Shown piece by piece: positions 38,718 to 48,778 of a stretch of DNA of 64,000 nucleotides. The notes below the pieces were generated by a model. The model saw only the letters and a program-made list of their open reading frames with translations. It searched no databases and was not told the origin of the DNA. A program made the translations under genes and the position numbers. Position 1 is the stretch's first letter, and each line of letters opens with the position of its first letter. Location of the stretch: contig CAZAXH010000002.1 of NCBI GenBank assembly GCA_964489065.1, positions 214,177 to 278,176 on the forward strand, read 5' to 3'. Source of the stretch: an uncultured Planctomycetales bacterium (GTDB taxonomy: Bacteria; Omnitrophota; Gorgyraeia; Zapsychrales; JANLHA01).

Positions 38718-40059
38718 AAGAAAAACACAGGGCTCCCTGCGCGCAGTGCCGGACGCATTTCATGCATAGAATGCATTCCGGGGTTTTTACTATGACTTTC
38801 CCGCCGGGGAGAATGTGAATCGCCTGCGTCGGGCACTCGGCCTGACACTGCTGGCAGCCGTTGCAGGATCCCCGGACCCTGACTTTAAACAGGCTGGCCT
38901 GCGATAAAAGCCCGTTTATGGCGCCGACAGGACAAAAATATTTGCACCAGAACCGATAATGGAATATCCCGGCGGTCAGCATGATTCCTAAAAGGAGCCA
39001 GGCTGACCAGGATCCGTGCCGGGTAAAAAGCGTGACAAAAACTTCGACATTGGCGATGTCCGGGTTGGAGGCATAAAGGCCGGCGCTTAGGATAATAATC
39101 AGCAGAGCATATTTAAATAAGCGGGCCGCGGAATCCACCCTGGGCGAAGGGAGAAGCGCTGGACGGTTGAATCGTTGCCCGGCGGCGTATAGCAATTCCT
39201 GGACAGCGGCAAAGGGGCATATACTGCCGCAATATATCATCCCGCCGGCCACGCAAGAGAGAAAGGTCCCGGTCATGAGAGCGTACCATAAAGGGGAGGC
39301 GGAAAAAGACGGCAGGTTTAGGATGCCGATATTGGCGACATGAGCCGCCGCTACCATGGTTTTTTTTATTAAGCCCAGGTAAAGCAGTCCTCCGGTCAAG
39401 GCCAGCCAGCGTAAAGAGGCTTTACGAAAAAACACCCCGCTTCCCGCCAGCACAAACAGTAACGCGGGAACGAGAAGCTGTTCCCATGGGAAAAAGTCCG
39501 GCTGGTGTTGGCTTGGCGCCTGGTTGAGCCGGAAGATTTCCTGATTCATGAGGGCACGGCTTTTTTCTATGGAACGGATGATGGCAGAGCTGGTGATGGT
39601 GGCCTGACTGATCCCGTCGATTGTTTGGCCAAGCACCAGAGGGGCTGCGGAGCCCCGGTTTATGAATTGTTTCAGAAATCCGTCGAGGTTCTTGATGTAG
39701 GCGGCGGTTTCCTGATGCGAGAGGAGCTGTACCCCGATTATGGTTCCCTGAACGTCAATCCCGATTAACAGATCTATCGGTCCGGCGTATCCTTGAATGT
39801 CCGGAGCGAGCGCGGTTGTGCGAAAAGCGTATCCGATTAGTTTCTTTTCCCCGGGATCCCGGGTGGCGGCGTAGACTTTAAGGTATTGGGGGAAGGAGGT
39901 GACCGGCGTGATGTCCTCTGCTCCCGGGAAAAGGCCGCGGGCATACTGCATCTCCTGAGAAGAAGCCGGCAGCGACGGTTGGGCGCGGGAGGGAAGGTGG
40001 GCCGCCATTCCGGCAGCCAGAATCACCAAGACTATGACGCTGAAAAATTTATATCGCAT
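38695..40059 (-). CDS. NosR/NapH-like membrane polyferredoxin with periplasmic FMN-binding domain
   Basis: Signal/TM, FMN_bind-like segment (GISQATITSSAIIRSIE), two CX3CP motifs (CGSICPFAAV, CKYFCPVGAI), two C-terminal 4Fe-4S motifs (CNGCQQCQAECP, CILCMKCVRHC). Confidence 0.7.
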   Translation of the reverse strand: MRYKFFSVIVLVILAAGMAAHLPSRAQPSLPASSQEMQYARGLFPGAEDITPVTSFPQYLKVYAATRDPGEKKLIGYAFRTTALAPDIQGYAGPIDLLIGIDVQGTIIGVQLLSHQETAAYIKNLDGFLKQFINRGSAAPLVLGQTIDGISQATITSSAIIRSIEKSRALMNQEIFRLNQAPSQHQPDFFPWEQLLVPALLFVLAGSGVFFRKASLRWLALTGGLLYLGLIKKTMVAAAHVANIGILNLPSFSASPLWYALMTGTFLSCVAGGMIYCGSICPFAAVQELLYAAGQRFNRPALLPSPRVDSAARLFKYALLIIILSAGLYASNPDIANVEVFVTLFTRHGSWSAWLLLGIMLTAGIFHYRFWCKYFCPVGAINGLLSQASLFKVRVRGSCNGCQQCQAECPTQAIHILPGGKVIVKTPECILCMKCVRHCAQGALCFSYEWKKNK

Positions 40060-40340
40060 ATTCAAACCAATTTTACTGCCAAAAACAAGCAAGTTCAAGG
40101 GAATCATCACCTCAGAGGAAGCATCGCCTTAAAGGGCCGGGGCCGGGCTGATCCTTCCCGGGCAGGAGAGGGCTTTGTGCCGGCACCAACACAACGCAGA
40201 AATTACTGGTCTAATAATGGGAAATGTATTAATATAACTTCAATTTACAGTGACAATCCCTTGAGAATCCTCAAGGATTGGATTCTGGCTGTTTCCTAAT
40301 TTGGCTCAATACGGTTGTGTTTATTGAAGGAGATATAATT

Positions 40341-41666
40341 ATGTCGTATGTCCGTCATCTTATCCAGTTTCTTAAGGTTGATATTTGGCGCATCCGGATG
40401 CACAAATTACCTCGGACCCAGTCTTTCTGGCTGAAACAGCTCAGGATCATGTTGTTGGCTTTCCGGGGTTTTGACGAGGACAAATGCCAGCTGCGGGCGT
40501 CGGCGTTGACATATTATTCCCTTTTATCCATCGTCCCTTTGGTGGCCATGGCGTTTGGCATTGCCAAAGGGTTTGGCATAGAAAAAATACTGGAGAAACA
40601 GCTTTATGAAAAGCTTGCCGGCCAGGAAGAGGTGGTGGGACGCATTATCACTTTCTCCCAGACCCTTCTGGAAACAACCAAAGGCGGGGTGATTGCGGGT
40701 GTCGGTGTGGCGATTTTGTTCTGGACGGTTATAAAGGTGCTGGGAAATATCGAGAGCTCGTTTAATGATATCTGGGGAATCCGTAAGAGCCGTCCGTGGG
40801 GCCGGAAGTTCAGCGATTATCTTTCGATCATGCTGATTTGCCCGCTTTTGCTGATTATATCGAGCAGTGTCACTGTGCTCGTGGCCAGTCAGGTGAAACT
40901 GGTGGTGGACAAGATTTCTTTTCTGGGCGTGTTGAGCCCGGTTATCTTTATGACCCTCAATCTGTTGCCTTATTGTGTAATATGGGTCTTGTTTACGTAC
41001 ATCTATATTTTTATGCCTAATACGTCGGTTTCTTTCAAGTCCGGGCTGTTTGGCGGAATGATTGGCGGCACGATTTATCAGATCGTTCAGTTGATTTACA
41101 TTACTTTCCAGGTCGGGGTGGCTAAATATGGGGCGATTTACGGCAGTTTCGCTGCGTTGCCTTTATTCCTGGTGTGGCTGCAAACGAGCTGGATTATTGT
41201 CTTATTCGGGGCCGAAATTTCTTTCGCCGAACAGAATGTGGAAACCTATGAGTTGGAACCCGATTGCCTCAAGGCCAGCCATACGTATAAACGGTTGCTG
41301 GCTTTGAGAATCGTGCAGTTATCCGTTAAGCGTTTTTGCCTTTCTCAAATACCGTATACGGCCGCGGATATAGTGAAGGAGATAGAAATCCCCATTCGCC
41401 TTTTGCGGCAGATCCTCTTTGACCTGACGGAGGCGGGCATTCTGGTGGAAGTCAGGCTTGAGGACGGCCGCCAGATAGGGTATCAGCCGGCTTTTGATAT
41501 TGAAACCTTGAGCATTTCGAAAGTGAATGAACTCCTGGATGACAAAGGCATTTCTGAGATGCCGATCATTCGTTCGGAGGAATTGGCCCGTATTGAACAG
41601 TGTCTTCGGTCTTTCCGGGTTCTGGCCGAACAGTCTTCAGAGAATATATTATTAAAAAATTTATAA
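40341..41666 (+). CDS. YihY/BrkB family inner-membrane protein
   Basis: LTYYSLLSIVPLVAM signature, 6 TM helices, long C-terminal extension. Confidence 0.75.
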   Translation: MSYVRHLIQFLKVDIWRIRMHKLPRTQSFWLKQLRIMLLAFRGFDEDKCQLRASALTYYSLLSIVPLVAMAFGIAKGFGIEKILEKQLYEKLAGQEEVVGRIITFSQTLLETTKGGVIAGVGVAILFWTVIKVLGNIESSFNDIWGIRKSRPWGRKFSDYLSIMLICPLLLIISSSVTVLVASQVKLVVDKISFLGVLSPVIFMTLNLLPYCVIWVLFTYIYIFMPNTSVSFKSGLFGGMIGGTIYQIVQLIYITFQVGVAKYGAIYGSFAALPLFLVWLQTSWIIVLFGAEISFAEQNVETYELEPDCLKASHTYKRLLALRIVQLSVKRFCLSQIPYTAADIVKEIEIPIRLLRQILFDLTEAGILVEVRLEDGRQIGYQPAFDIETLSISKVNELLDDKGISEMPIIRSEELARIEQCLRSFRVLAEQSSENILLKNL

Positions 41667-41843
41667 ATGGGTTCGCGTAACTTCTCGCCCTCCCGGTTTT
41701 TTTGTCCCAGTCCGGCCCGGCCGCTGGAAATAATTGCTTGTCTGCCTGTCCTTTTGTCTCTATAATGCAGCATAATTTAGATCGCAGGCTTAAATCAGGG
41801 GAAGGGCCCTTCGGGACGCCCGTTTTATACTTAAAGGTGAAAT

Positions 41844-43259
41844 ATGACTGGAAAAAGCAAGGGGTCAGAAGATTCAAAAGGCGGGTCTCATCCGAGAGTC
41901 GTTCAGCTTCTGCAGGCGGTCAGGGCGATGAGAGAAGGTGATTTTTCCCGGATGACAGCCCAGGAAGGGGAGGCGGATGCCCTGGCTGAATTAAGCCGGG
42001 AGTTGAAGTGCCTGGGGGAGACTTTGCAATCCCGGACAGAAGAGATCCAGACCTTGCTTAAGATGACGGAGCGTATTAACTCCGGGTTTCTTTTGAAGGA
42101 CACCCTGCGTTATATTTATGATGAGTTTAAGAAAGTGATCCCTTATGACCGGATCGGGGTGTCTTTTATCGAAGAGGATGGTGAGCAGGTCCGCTGTTAC
42201 TGGGGCCGGGCGGATGCCATAAAAACTTTGTATTTAAAGGAAGGCTACACCGCCCCGCTTGAAGGGAGCAGTCTGGAGCGGATTATCCTCTCCGGCCGGC
42301 CGCGCATCCTGAATGACCTGGAACAGTATGCCCGGGAACATCCGGATTCGGAATCGACCCAACTTATTCTCAAAGAAGGCGTTCGTTCCAGCCTGACCTG
42401 CCCCTTGATGGCGGTCGGGAAGCCGATTGGTTTTATATTTTTTTCGAGTTGTCAGCCCTGCGCGTACAGCGACCAGCATATTGAAATTTTTCAACAGTTG
42501 GCGGGACAGTTGGCCCTTATTACGGAAAAAAGCCGCATGTATCAGCAGGTTCTGGAATTGAATGAAACCAAAAATAGATTTTTAGGAATAGCGGCGCATG
42601 ACCTGAGGACCCCGTTAACCGTTATAAAAGGGAACCTGGATTTGCTGCGGGAGCGTATTTTGGGAGACACCACGGCCGCGCAAGACCAGGCCTTTCAGCA
42701 AATGAATGCTTCCTGCAAGACCATGCTGACTCTTATTAATGATTTTTTAAGTGTTTCCGTGATCGAAGCGGGGAAATTGGAATTGCGGTTGAAGGATATG
42801 GACCCTGCCGTGTTTATGTCTGATCTGTGTAATTTTAACCGGTTTCTGGCCCAAGCGAAGAACATTAACCTTTGCCTGGATATGGAAAAGCATCTCCCGC
42901 ATTTTCAGATAGACCCGGAGCGGTTGGCGCAGGCGGTCAATAATTTGATAAGCAACGCGGTCAAGTTTTCCCCTTCAGGAGGGACGATTGTTTTACGCGT
43001 GAAATTATTAGGGAAGCGTATCCAAATCAGCGTGACCGACCAGGGCCCGGGGATTCCGGCCTCGGAAACGTCCCGGTTATTTCACTTTTTTGAAAAGACG
43101 TCCGTGCGGCCCCAGCACGGGGAGTCAAGCACTGGTTTGGGCCTGGCCATTGTCCGGAAACTTGTTGAAGCCCATGGCGGGGAGGTTTCGGTCGTTAGCC
43201 AAGAGGGGAAAGGGGCCACGTTTTCGATCCTGCTGCCGTTGGCTCCGGGCTTTGGCTAA
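41844..43259 (+). CDS. cytoplasmic GAF-domain sensor histidine kinase
   Basis: GAF domain, H-box IAAHDLRTPLTVI, HATPase_c (GLGLAIVRKLVEAHGG). Confidence 0.85.
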   Translation: MTGKSKGSEDSKGGSHPRVVQLLQAVRAMREGDFSRMTAQEGEADALAELSRELKCLGETLQSRTEEIQTLLKMTERINSGFLLKDTLRYIYDEFKKVIPYDRIGVSFIEEDGEQVRCYWGRADAIKTLYLKEGYTAPLEGSSLERIILSGRPRILNDLEQYAREHPDSESTQLILKEGVRSSLTCPLMAVGKPIGFIFFSSCQPCAYSDQHIEIFQQLAGQLALITEKSRMYQQVLELNETKNRFLGIAAHDLRTPLTVIKGNLDLLRERILGDTTAAQDQAFQQMNASCKTMLTLINDFLSVSVIEAGKLELRLKDMDPAVFMSDLCNFNRFLAQAKNINLCLDMEKHLPHFQIDPERLAQAVNNLISNAVKFSPSGGTIVLRVKLLGKRIQISVTDQGPGIPASETSRLFHFFEKTSVRPQHGESSTGLGLAIVRKLVEAHGGEVSVVSQEGKGATFSILLPLAPGFG

Positions 43260-43377
43260 AAAAAAACTTGTTTTTCCCACGAGTTGATATTAACATTGAC
43301 AGGACAAATCTTCTTTATTTTTTTACAGATTATATCTATAACGGATGTATTAATATTATTACAAGGAAAGGTTTCCA

Positions 43378-46300
43378 ATGAAAAGAGTTCAAGTCACGAT
43401 TGATGGTAATGAGGCGGCCGCCTATTCGGCTTTTAAAGTGAGCGAGGTTATAGCGATTTATCCGATTACTCCATCTTCACCCATGGGGGAAAGTTCGGAT
43501 GAATGGGCCGCGGCTGGAAAAACGAATATCTGGGGGACGGTTCCTCTTGTCCAGGAGATGCAAAGTGAGGGGGGGGCGGCCGGGGCTGTTCATGGGGCTT
43601 TGCAGGCCGGGTCTTTGACTACCACGTTTACCGCCTCCCAAGGGTTGTTATTGATGATCCCCAATATGTATAAGATAGCCGGAGAGCTTACTTCGACGGT
43701 TTTTCATGTTGCCGCGCGTTCCCTGGCGTGTCAGGCCCTTTCTATTTTCGGCGACCATTCCGATGTTATGGCGGCCCGGGCAACCGGCTTTGCCATGCTG
43801 GCCTCCGGGGGTGTTCAGGAAGTCATGGACTTCGCCCTGATCGCCCAGGCCGCCACGCTGGAGTCGAGGGTGCCGTTCCTGCATTTTTTTGACGGGTTCC
43901 GGACCTCGCATGAAGTCGCCAAGATCGACCGGCTGACCGATGAAGAAATCAGGGCCCTCATCAGCGATGAACTGGTTTTAGCGCATCGCCAGCGCGCGCT
44001 TTCCCCGGACCGCCCGTCAATGCGGGGGACCGCGCAGAACCCGGATGTTTATTTCCAGGGAAGGGAAGGGGTGAACCTTTTTTATAATCATTGTCCGGCT
44101 ATTGTCGAGAAAGCGATGAAAAATTTTTCCAAAACGACCGGGCGGACGTACAACCTGTTTGATTATTACGGGGCTCCGGACGCTGAACACGTTGTTGTTT
44201 TGATGGGGTCCGGCGCGGAAGCCGCCCAGGTTACGGTGGAAAAGCTGGTAGCGAAGGGACAGAAGGTCGGGGTGGTTAAAGTCCGGTTATACCGCCCGTT
44301 TTCTATGGACCATTTTCTGGCTGTTTTGCCGAAGACCGTTAAGGTGATTACCGCATTGGACCGGACCAAAGAACCCGGATCCATCGGGGAACCGTTATAT
44401 CAGGATGTCGTCAATACGGTTTTTGAGCGGGGATTGACGCGGTTTGCGTCTTATCCGAAGGTTTTGGGCGGCCGCTACGGGTTGTCATCCAAAGACTTCA
44501 CGCCGGCCATGGTCAAGGCGGTTTTGGATAACGGATTTAAAACGGAACCTAAAAATCATTTCACAGTCGGCATCACGGATGACGTGACCCGAACCAGTTT
44601 GGACTGCGATGAATCTTTTACCATAGAAGACGAGGCCGGGGTGTGCGCGATATTTTACGGGTTGGGCGCTGACGGGACCGTGGGGGCCAACAAAAGCACG
44701 ATCAAGATCATCGGGGGCAACACGCCGAATTATGCCCAGGGATATTTTGTTTATGACTCCAAAAAGTCTGGGTCCATGACCGTCAGCCATTTGCGGTTTG
44801 GCCCTAATCCCATCCGCGCCACTTACCTGGTTTCTCAGGCGAAATTCGTGGGCTGCCACCAGTCTGTTTTTTTGGAGAGGTACAATGTCCTGGAAAAAAT
44901 AGCGCCCCGGGGTGTGTTCCTTTTAAATTCGGTCTTTGGCCCGGATGAGGTCTGGGAGCATCTCCCGAGAGTGATTCAGGAACAGATTATCGCCAAGAAT
45001 ATCCAGTTTTATGTGATTGACGCTTATCAGGTCGCCAAGGATACCGGCATGGGGTTGCGTATTAATACCATTATGCAGACATGCTTTTTTGCCATCTCCG
45101 GCGTGCTTCCCAAAGAGGAAGCGATTGAAAAGATTAAGGAATCCATCAAGAAGGCTTATGGCTCCAAGGGGGAGGAGGTCGTGCGGATGAATTTTAACGC
45201 GGTTGACCAGACCCTCGCGCACTTGCATCGCGTGAAGGTGCCTTCCCAGGCGACCAGCACCGTGGATTTTCTGCCCCCCGTGTCCGGGGCAGCCCCGGCG
45301 TTCGTGAAGAAAGTCACGGCGGAAATTATTGCCGGGCGGGGAGACCAGCTCCCAGTGAGCGCCATGCCGGTTGACGGGACGTTCCCGACGGGAACCACCC
45401 AGTGGGAAAAACGGAACATCGCCCTCGAGATCCCCGTCTGGGACCCTTCGGTGTGTATTCAGTGCGGGAAATGCGTGCTTGTTTGCCCGCACGCTGTCAT
45501 CCGGAGTAAGATTTACGACTCCGCGATATCCGGAAAAGCGCCGGCGACGTTCAAATCTGCGGACGCCAAGGATAAGGATTTTCCCGGCATGAAATTTTCT
45601 ATCCAGGTTTCTCCGGAGGACTGTACCGGATGCGGCGTGTGCGTGGAAACGTGTCCGGCTAAAAACAAGCAGGACCCTAAACTTAAAGCGATCAACATGC
45701 ACTCTCAACCGCCTTTAAGGGACGAAGAGCGGAAAAACTGGGACTATTTTCTGGATATCCCTGACTTGGACCGCACGCGCGTCAAACAAAATTCTGTCCG
45801 CGGCGTTCAGAGCCTCAGTCCTTTGTTTGAGTTTTCCGGGGCCTGCGGCGGCTGCGGGGAGACGCCTTATGTCAAGTTGCTCTCCCAGTTGTTTGGCGAT
45901 CGCGCCATTATCGCCAATGCGACCGGGTGTTCTTCTATTTACGGCGGGAATTTGCCGACCACGCCGTGGACTTTTAATAAGGAAGGTCGGGGCCCGGCCT
46001 GGTCTAACTCCTTGTTCGAGGATAACGCGGAGTTTGGGTTAGGGTTCCGTCTCAGCATCGACAAGCATAATGGGTTTGCCCGTGAATTGCTGAAAAAACT
46101 GGAGTCCCAGGTGGGGACGGAGCTTGTCAAAGAAATTCTGGAAGCGGATCAGTCGGAAGAGGCCGGGCTTGCGGCCCAGCGCAAGCGGGTGGAAGCATTG
46201 AAAAAGAAGCTTAGCGCTGTCAAATCGGTGGAAGCGAAACATCTCTTAAGCCTTGCGGATTATTTAGTGAAGAAAAGCGTCTGGATTCTGGGCGGCGACG

Positions 46301-46947
46301 GCTGGGCCTATGATATCGGGTTTGGCGGGCTGGACCATGTTCTGGCCTCGGGCCGTAACGTCAATGTTTTGGTTTTGGACACAGAAGTGTATTCCAATAC
46401 CGGTGGCCAGGCATCCAAAGCGACCCCGCGTGCAGCCGTGGCTAAATTCGCGGCTGCCGGTAAGCCGGTTGCCAAGAAAGATTTGGCCCGGATTGCCATG
46501 ACATATGGTTCGGTTTACGTGGCCAATGTCGCCCTGGGCGCGCGCGATGAGCACACCGTCAAGTCTTTCATTGAAGCGGAGAAATATAATGGGCCGTCTT
46601 TGATTATCGCGTATTGTCACTGCATCGCCCACGGCATTAATATGCGGACCGGTTTGGAAAACCAGAAGCTGGCCGTGCAGTCCGGGTACTGGCCGTTGTT
46701 CCGGTATAATCCCGATTTGCTGAAGGAAGGGAAAAATCCTTTGACCCTGGATTCCACGGCTCCGAAAATCCCGCTTAAGGATTATGCTTACCGGGAGAAT
46801 CGTTTTGTCATGCTTTCCAAGAGCATGCCGGAACGGGCTCAGGAACTCCTCGAGCAGGCCCAGCAGGATGTTTATAAGCGTTGGGCTGTTTATCAGCATC
46901 TGGCTGCGCAGGCGATGGAATCGAAACCGAGCGAAGCCAATTCTTAA
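43378..46947 (+). CDS. nifJ: pyruvate:ferredoxin (flavodoxin) oxidoreductase, single-polypeptide form
   Basis: 1189 aa; PFOR domains I-VI including two CxxCxxCxxxCP ferredoxin motifs and a TPP-binding GDG..(Y/F)D region. Confidence 0.95.
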   Translation: MKRVQVTIDGNEAAAYSAFKVSEVIAIYPITPSSPMGESSDEWAAAGKTNIWGTVPLVQEMQSEGGAAGAVHGALQAGSLTTTFTASQGLLLMIPNMYKIAGELTSTVFHVAARSLACQALSIFGDHSDVMAARATGFAMLASGGVQEVMDFALIAQAATLESRVPFLHFFDGFRTSHEVAKIDRLTDEEIRALISDELVLAHRQRALSPDRPSMRGTAQNPDVYFQGREGVNLFYNHCPAIVEKAMKNFSKTTGRTYNLFDYYGAPDAEHVVVLMGSGAEAAQVTVEKLVAKGQKVGVVKVRLYRPFSMDHFLAVLPKTVKVITALDRTKEPGSIGEPLYQDVVNTVFERGLTRFASYPKVLGGRYGLSSKDFTPAMVKAVLDNGFKTEPKNHFTVGITDDVTRTSLDCDESFTIEDEAGVCAIFYGLGADGTVGANKSTIKIIGGNTPNYAQGYFVYDSKKSGSMTVSHLRFGPNPIRATYLVSQAKFVGCHQSVFLERYNVLEKIAPRGVFLLNSVFGPDEVWEHLPRVIQEQIIAKNIQFYVIDAYQVAKDTGMGLRINTIMQTCFFAISGVLPKEEAIEKIKESIKKAYGSKGEEVVRMNFNAVDQTLAHLHRVKVPSQATSTVDFLPPVSGAAPAFVKKVTAEIIAGRGDQLPVSAMPVDGTFPTGTTQWEKRNIALEIPVWDPSVCIQCGKCVLVCPHAVIRSKIYDSAISGKAPATFKSADAKDKDFPGMKFSIQVSPEDCTGCGVCVETCPAKNKQDPKLKAINMHSQPPLRDEERKNWDYFLDIPDLDRTRVKQNSVRGVQSLSPLFEFSGACGGCGETPYVKLLSQLFGDRAIIANATGCSSIYGGNLPTTPWTFNKEGRGPAWSNSLFEDNAEFGLGFRLSIDKHNGFARELLKKLESQVGTELVKEILEADQSEEAGLAAQRKRVEALKKKLSAVKSVEAKHLLSLADYLVKKSVWILGGDGWAYDIGFGGLDHVLASGRNVNVLVLDTEVYSNTGGQASKATPRAAVAKFAAAGKPVAKKDLARIAMTYGSVYVANVALGARDEHTVKSFIEAEKYNGPSLIIAYCHCIAHGINMRTGLENQKLAVQSGYWPLFRYNPDLLKEGKNPLTLDSTAPKIPLKDYAYRENRFVMLSKSMPERAQELLEQAQQDVYKRWAVYQHLAAQAMESKPSEANS

Positions 46948-46980
46948 ATTGTTGTTATTTTGAACACAGGGGAGGGGCCG

Positions 46981-47970
46981 ATGAACCTGACGACAGAATA
47001 TATGAGATTAAAACTCAAGAATCCTTTAGTCGCAGCGGCCTCGCCTCTGTCCGAAAGGCTGGATAACATAAAAATGATGGAAGACTCCGGCATTGCCGCC
47101 GTGGTCTTCCATTCTCTTTTTGAAGAACAATTGAACTTGGAAGCTAAGGCATCGCAGTATTTCAGTGACCAGGGAACCGAGAGTTTCGCGGAAGCGCTCA
47201 GCTATTTCCCTAAGTTGACGGATTATGTCCTCGGGCCGGACGAGTACCTGCAGATGATCGCCAAGGCTAAGGCCGCGGTGGGTATCCCCATTATCGGCAG
47301 TTTAAACGGGTTTTCGTCAGGGGGGTGGGTCAGGTACGCGAAGGATATGCAGTCTGCGGGCGCGGATGCTTTGGAGTTGAATATTCATTTTATTCCTACG
47401 GATCCGGTTGTTAACGGAATCCAGATTGAAGAGATGTACTTTAGCGTCCTTAAACAGGTGAAAGAAAATGTTCATATTCCGGTGGCGGTTAAATTGAGCC
47501 CTTATTTTAGCTCTTTTCCCCATGTGGCCCGGAAACTGTCCGAGACCGGGGCGGACGCTCTGGTCCTGTTCAACCGGTTTTACCAGCCGGACATGGATAT
47601 TGAGAACCTTCAGGTCGCGCCTAACCTGGTGCTGAGTTCTTCTTTGGAGAATCGCCTCACGTTACGCTGGATAGCGATTCTCTACAGCCGTGTGGGCGCC
47701 AGTTTAGCGGCGATGACCGGAATCCATAATGTCTGGGATGTTGTGAAGATGATTATGGCCGGAGCGGACGTGACCATGATGTGTTCGGCTTTATTGTTAA
47801 ACGGGATAGATCATGCTAGAATTGTATTGGATGATTTAAAGCAATGGATGGATAAACACGAGTATGCGTCCATCCAGGAGATGCGGGGAATCCTGAGCCA
47901 GAAGTCTTGTCCGCATCCGGAAGCGTTTGAGCGGGCGAATTATATGAAGGTTCTGCAAAGTTATAAATAA
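46981..47970 (+). CDS. dihydroorotate dehydrogenase-like TIM-barrel flavoprotein
   Basis: DHOD/DPD-family FMN-barrel motifs (NPLVAAASPLS, GADALELNI, KLSPYF); RBS GGGAGGGG. Confidence 0.6.
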   Translation: MNLTTEYMRLKLKNPLVAAASPLSERLDNIKMMEDSGIAAVVFHSLFEEQLNLEAKASQYFSDQGTESFAEALSYFPKLTDYVLGPDEYLQMIAKAKAAVGIPIIGSLNGFSSGGWVRYAKDMQSAGADALELNIHFIPTDPVVNGIQIEEMYFSVLKQVKENVHIPVAVKLSPYFSSFPHVARKLSETGADALVLFNRFYQPDMDIENLQVAPNLVLSSSLENRLTLRWIAILYSRVGASLAAMTGIHNVWDVVKMIMAGADVTMMCSALLLNGIDHARIVLDDLKQWMDKHEYASIQEMRGILSQKSCPHPEAFERANYMKVLQSYK

Positions 47971-47989
47971 TCACAGAGAGGGGAAACTG

Positions 47990-48628
47990 ATGAATCCGGG
48001 GTTTTTCTTGCCAGGGAGAAAGGTGTTTTGCGCTTTCGTCCTCTTGTCGTTATCGATGCCTACGGTTACCTGGTCAGCTGAAGAAGGGGAGATCCTTATC
48101 TTTGAAGAAAGGGAAGTAAAGAAAGGGAGGGCGGGTAAAAAATACAAGCCTGAAACGACCCTCGGCGTGACGAAAATGAATGAAGACGCGTTGAAGCTTG
48201 TGGACCAGCGGAAATACGATGAGGCGTTGGCTTTATATTTTGCCGCGATCGATCGGGTCAAACAAAAAAGCATCAAAGACGAGGATTTTGAAGCCGAACT
48301 GTTGAACAACACCGCCCGGGCTTTTTATGAAAAAGGTTTTTTCAATTCTTTCAGTTTTTCCGATAATGAAGCCTTCGTCAAAGCCGTTGAGTACGCCTCC
48401 CAGAGTGTTCTTGTCAAGGAAAATTACTGGCCGGCGTACGTAACTTTGGCGGATGTTTTTTATAAATTGAAAGACTATGAAAAAGTCGACCAATTCTTTA
48501 CGAAAGCGGAAGAATATATCGATAAAGATTCCAGGGATTATGAAAAGATTGTTAAGAAACATAATCTGGTAAAAAGGATTCTGGAAAAACAGAAAAAAGA
48601 AGAGGACGGACCTGCCCCGGTTGAATGA
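47990..48628 (+). CDS. secreted TPR-like hypothetical protein
   Basis: signal peptide; helical repeat-like composition. Confidence 0.4.
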   Translation: MNPGFFLPGRKVFCAFVLLSLSMPTVTWSAEEGEILIFEEREVKKGRAGKKYKPETTLGVTKMNEDALKLVDQRKYDEALALYFAAIDRVKQKSIKDEDFEAELLNNTARAFYEKGFFNSFSFSDNEAFVKAVEYASQSVLVKENYWPAYVTLADVFYKLKDYEKVDQFFTKAEEYIDKDSRDYEKIVKKHNLVKRILEKQKKEEDGPAPVE

Positions 48629-48778
48629 TCTCCTTTCCTGACGTGTTTCTTAAGGCCACGCTGGTACCAGCGAAGCGTGGAATATTTATCAAAATACGCA
48701 TAAAAATATTATAGGGCGGCCTGCTTTTTTGTATTGATCATTAAGGCCGGGGAGTTTCTGTAAGAAGAAGAGTTTGAT

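Noticed and set aside
43260-43377. Possible sigma70 promoter upstream of PFOR (TTGACA at 43294-43299)
   Set aside because: No acceptable -10 hexamer at 16-18 nt spacing. It is left unannotated.
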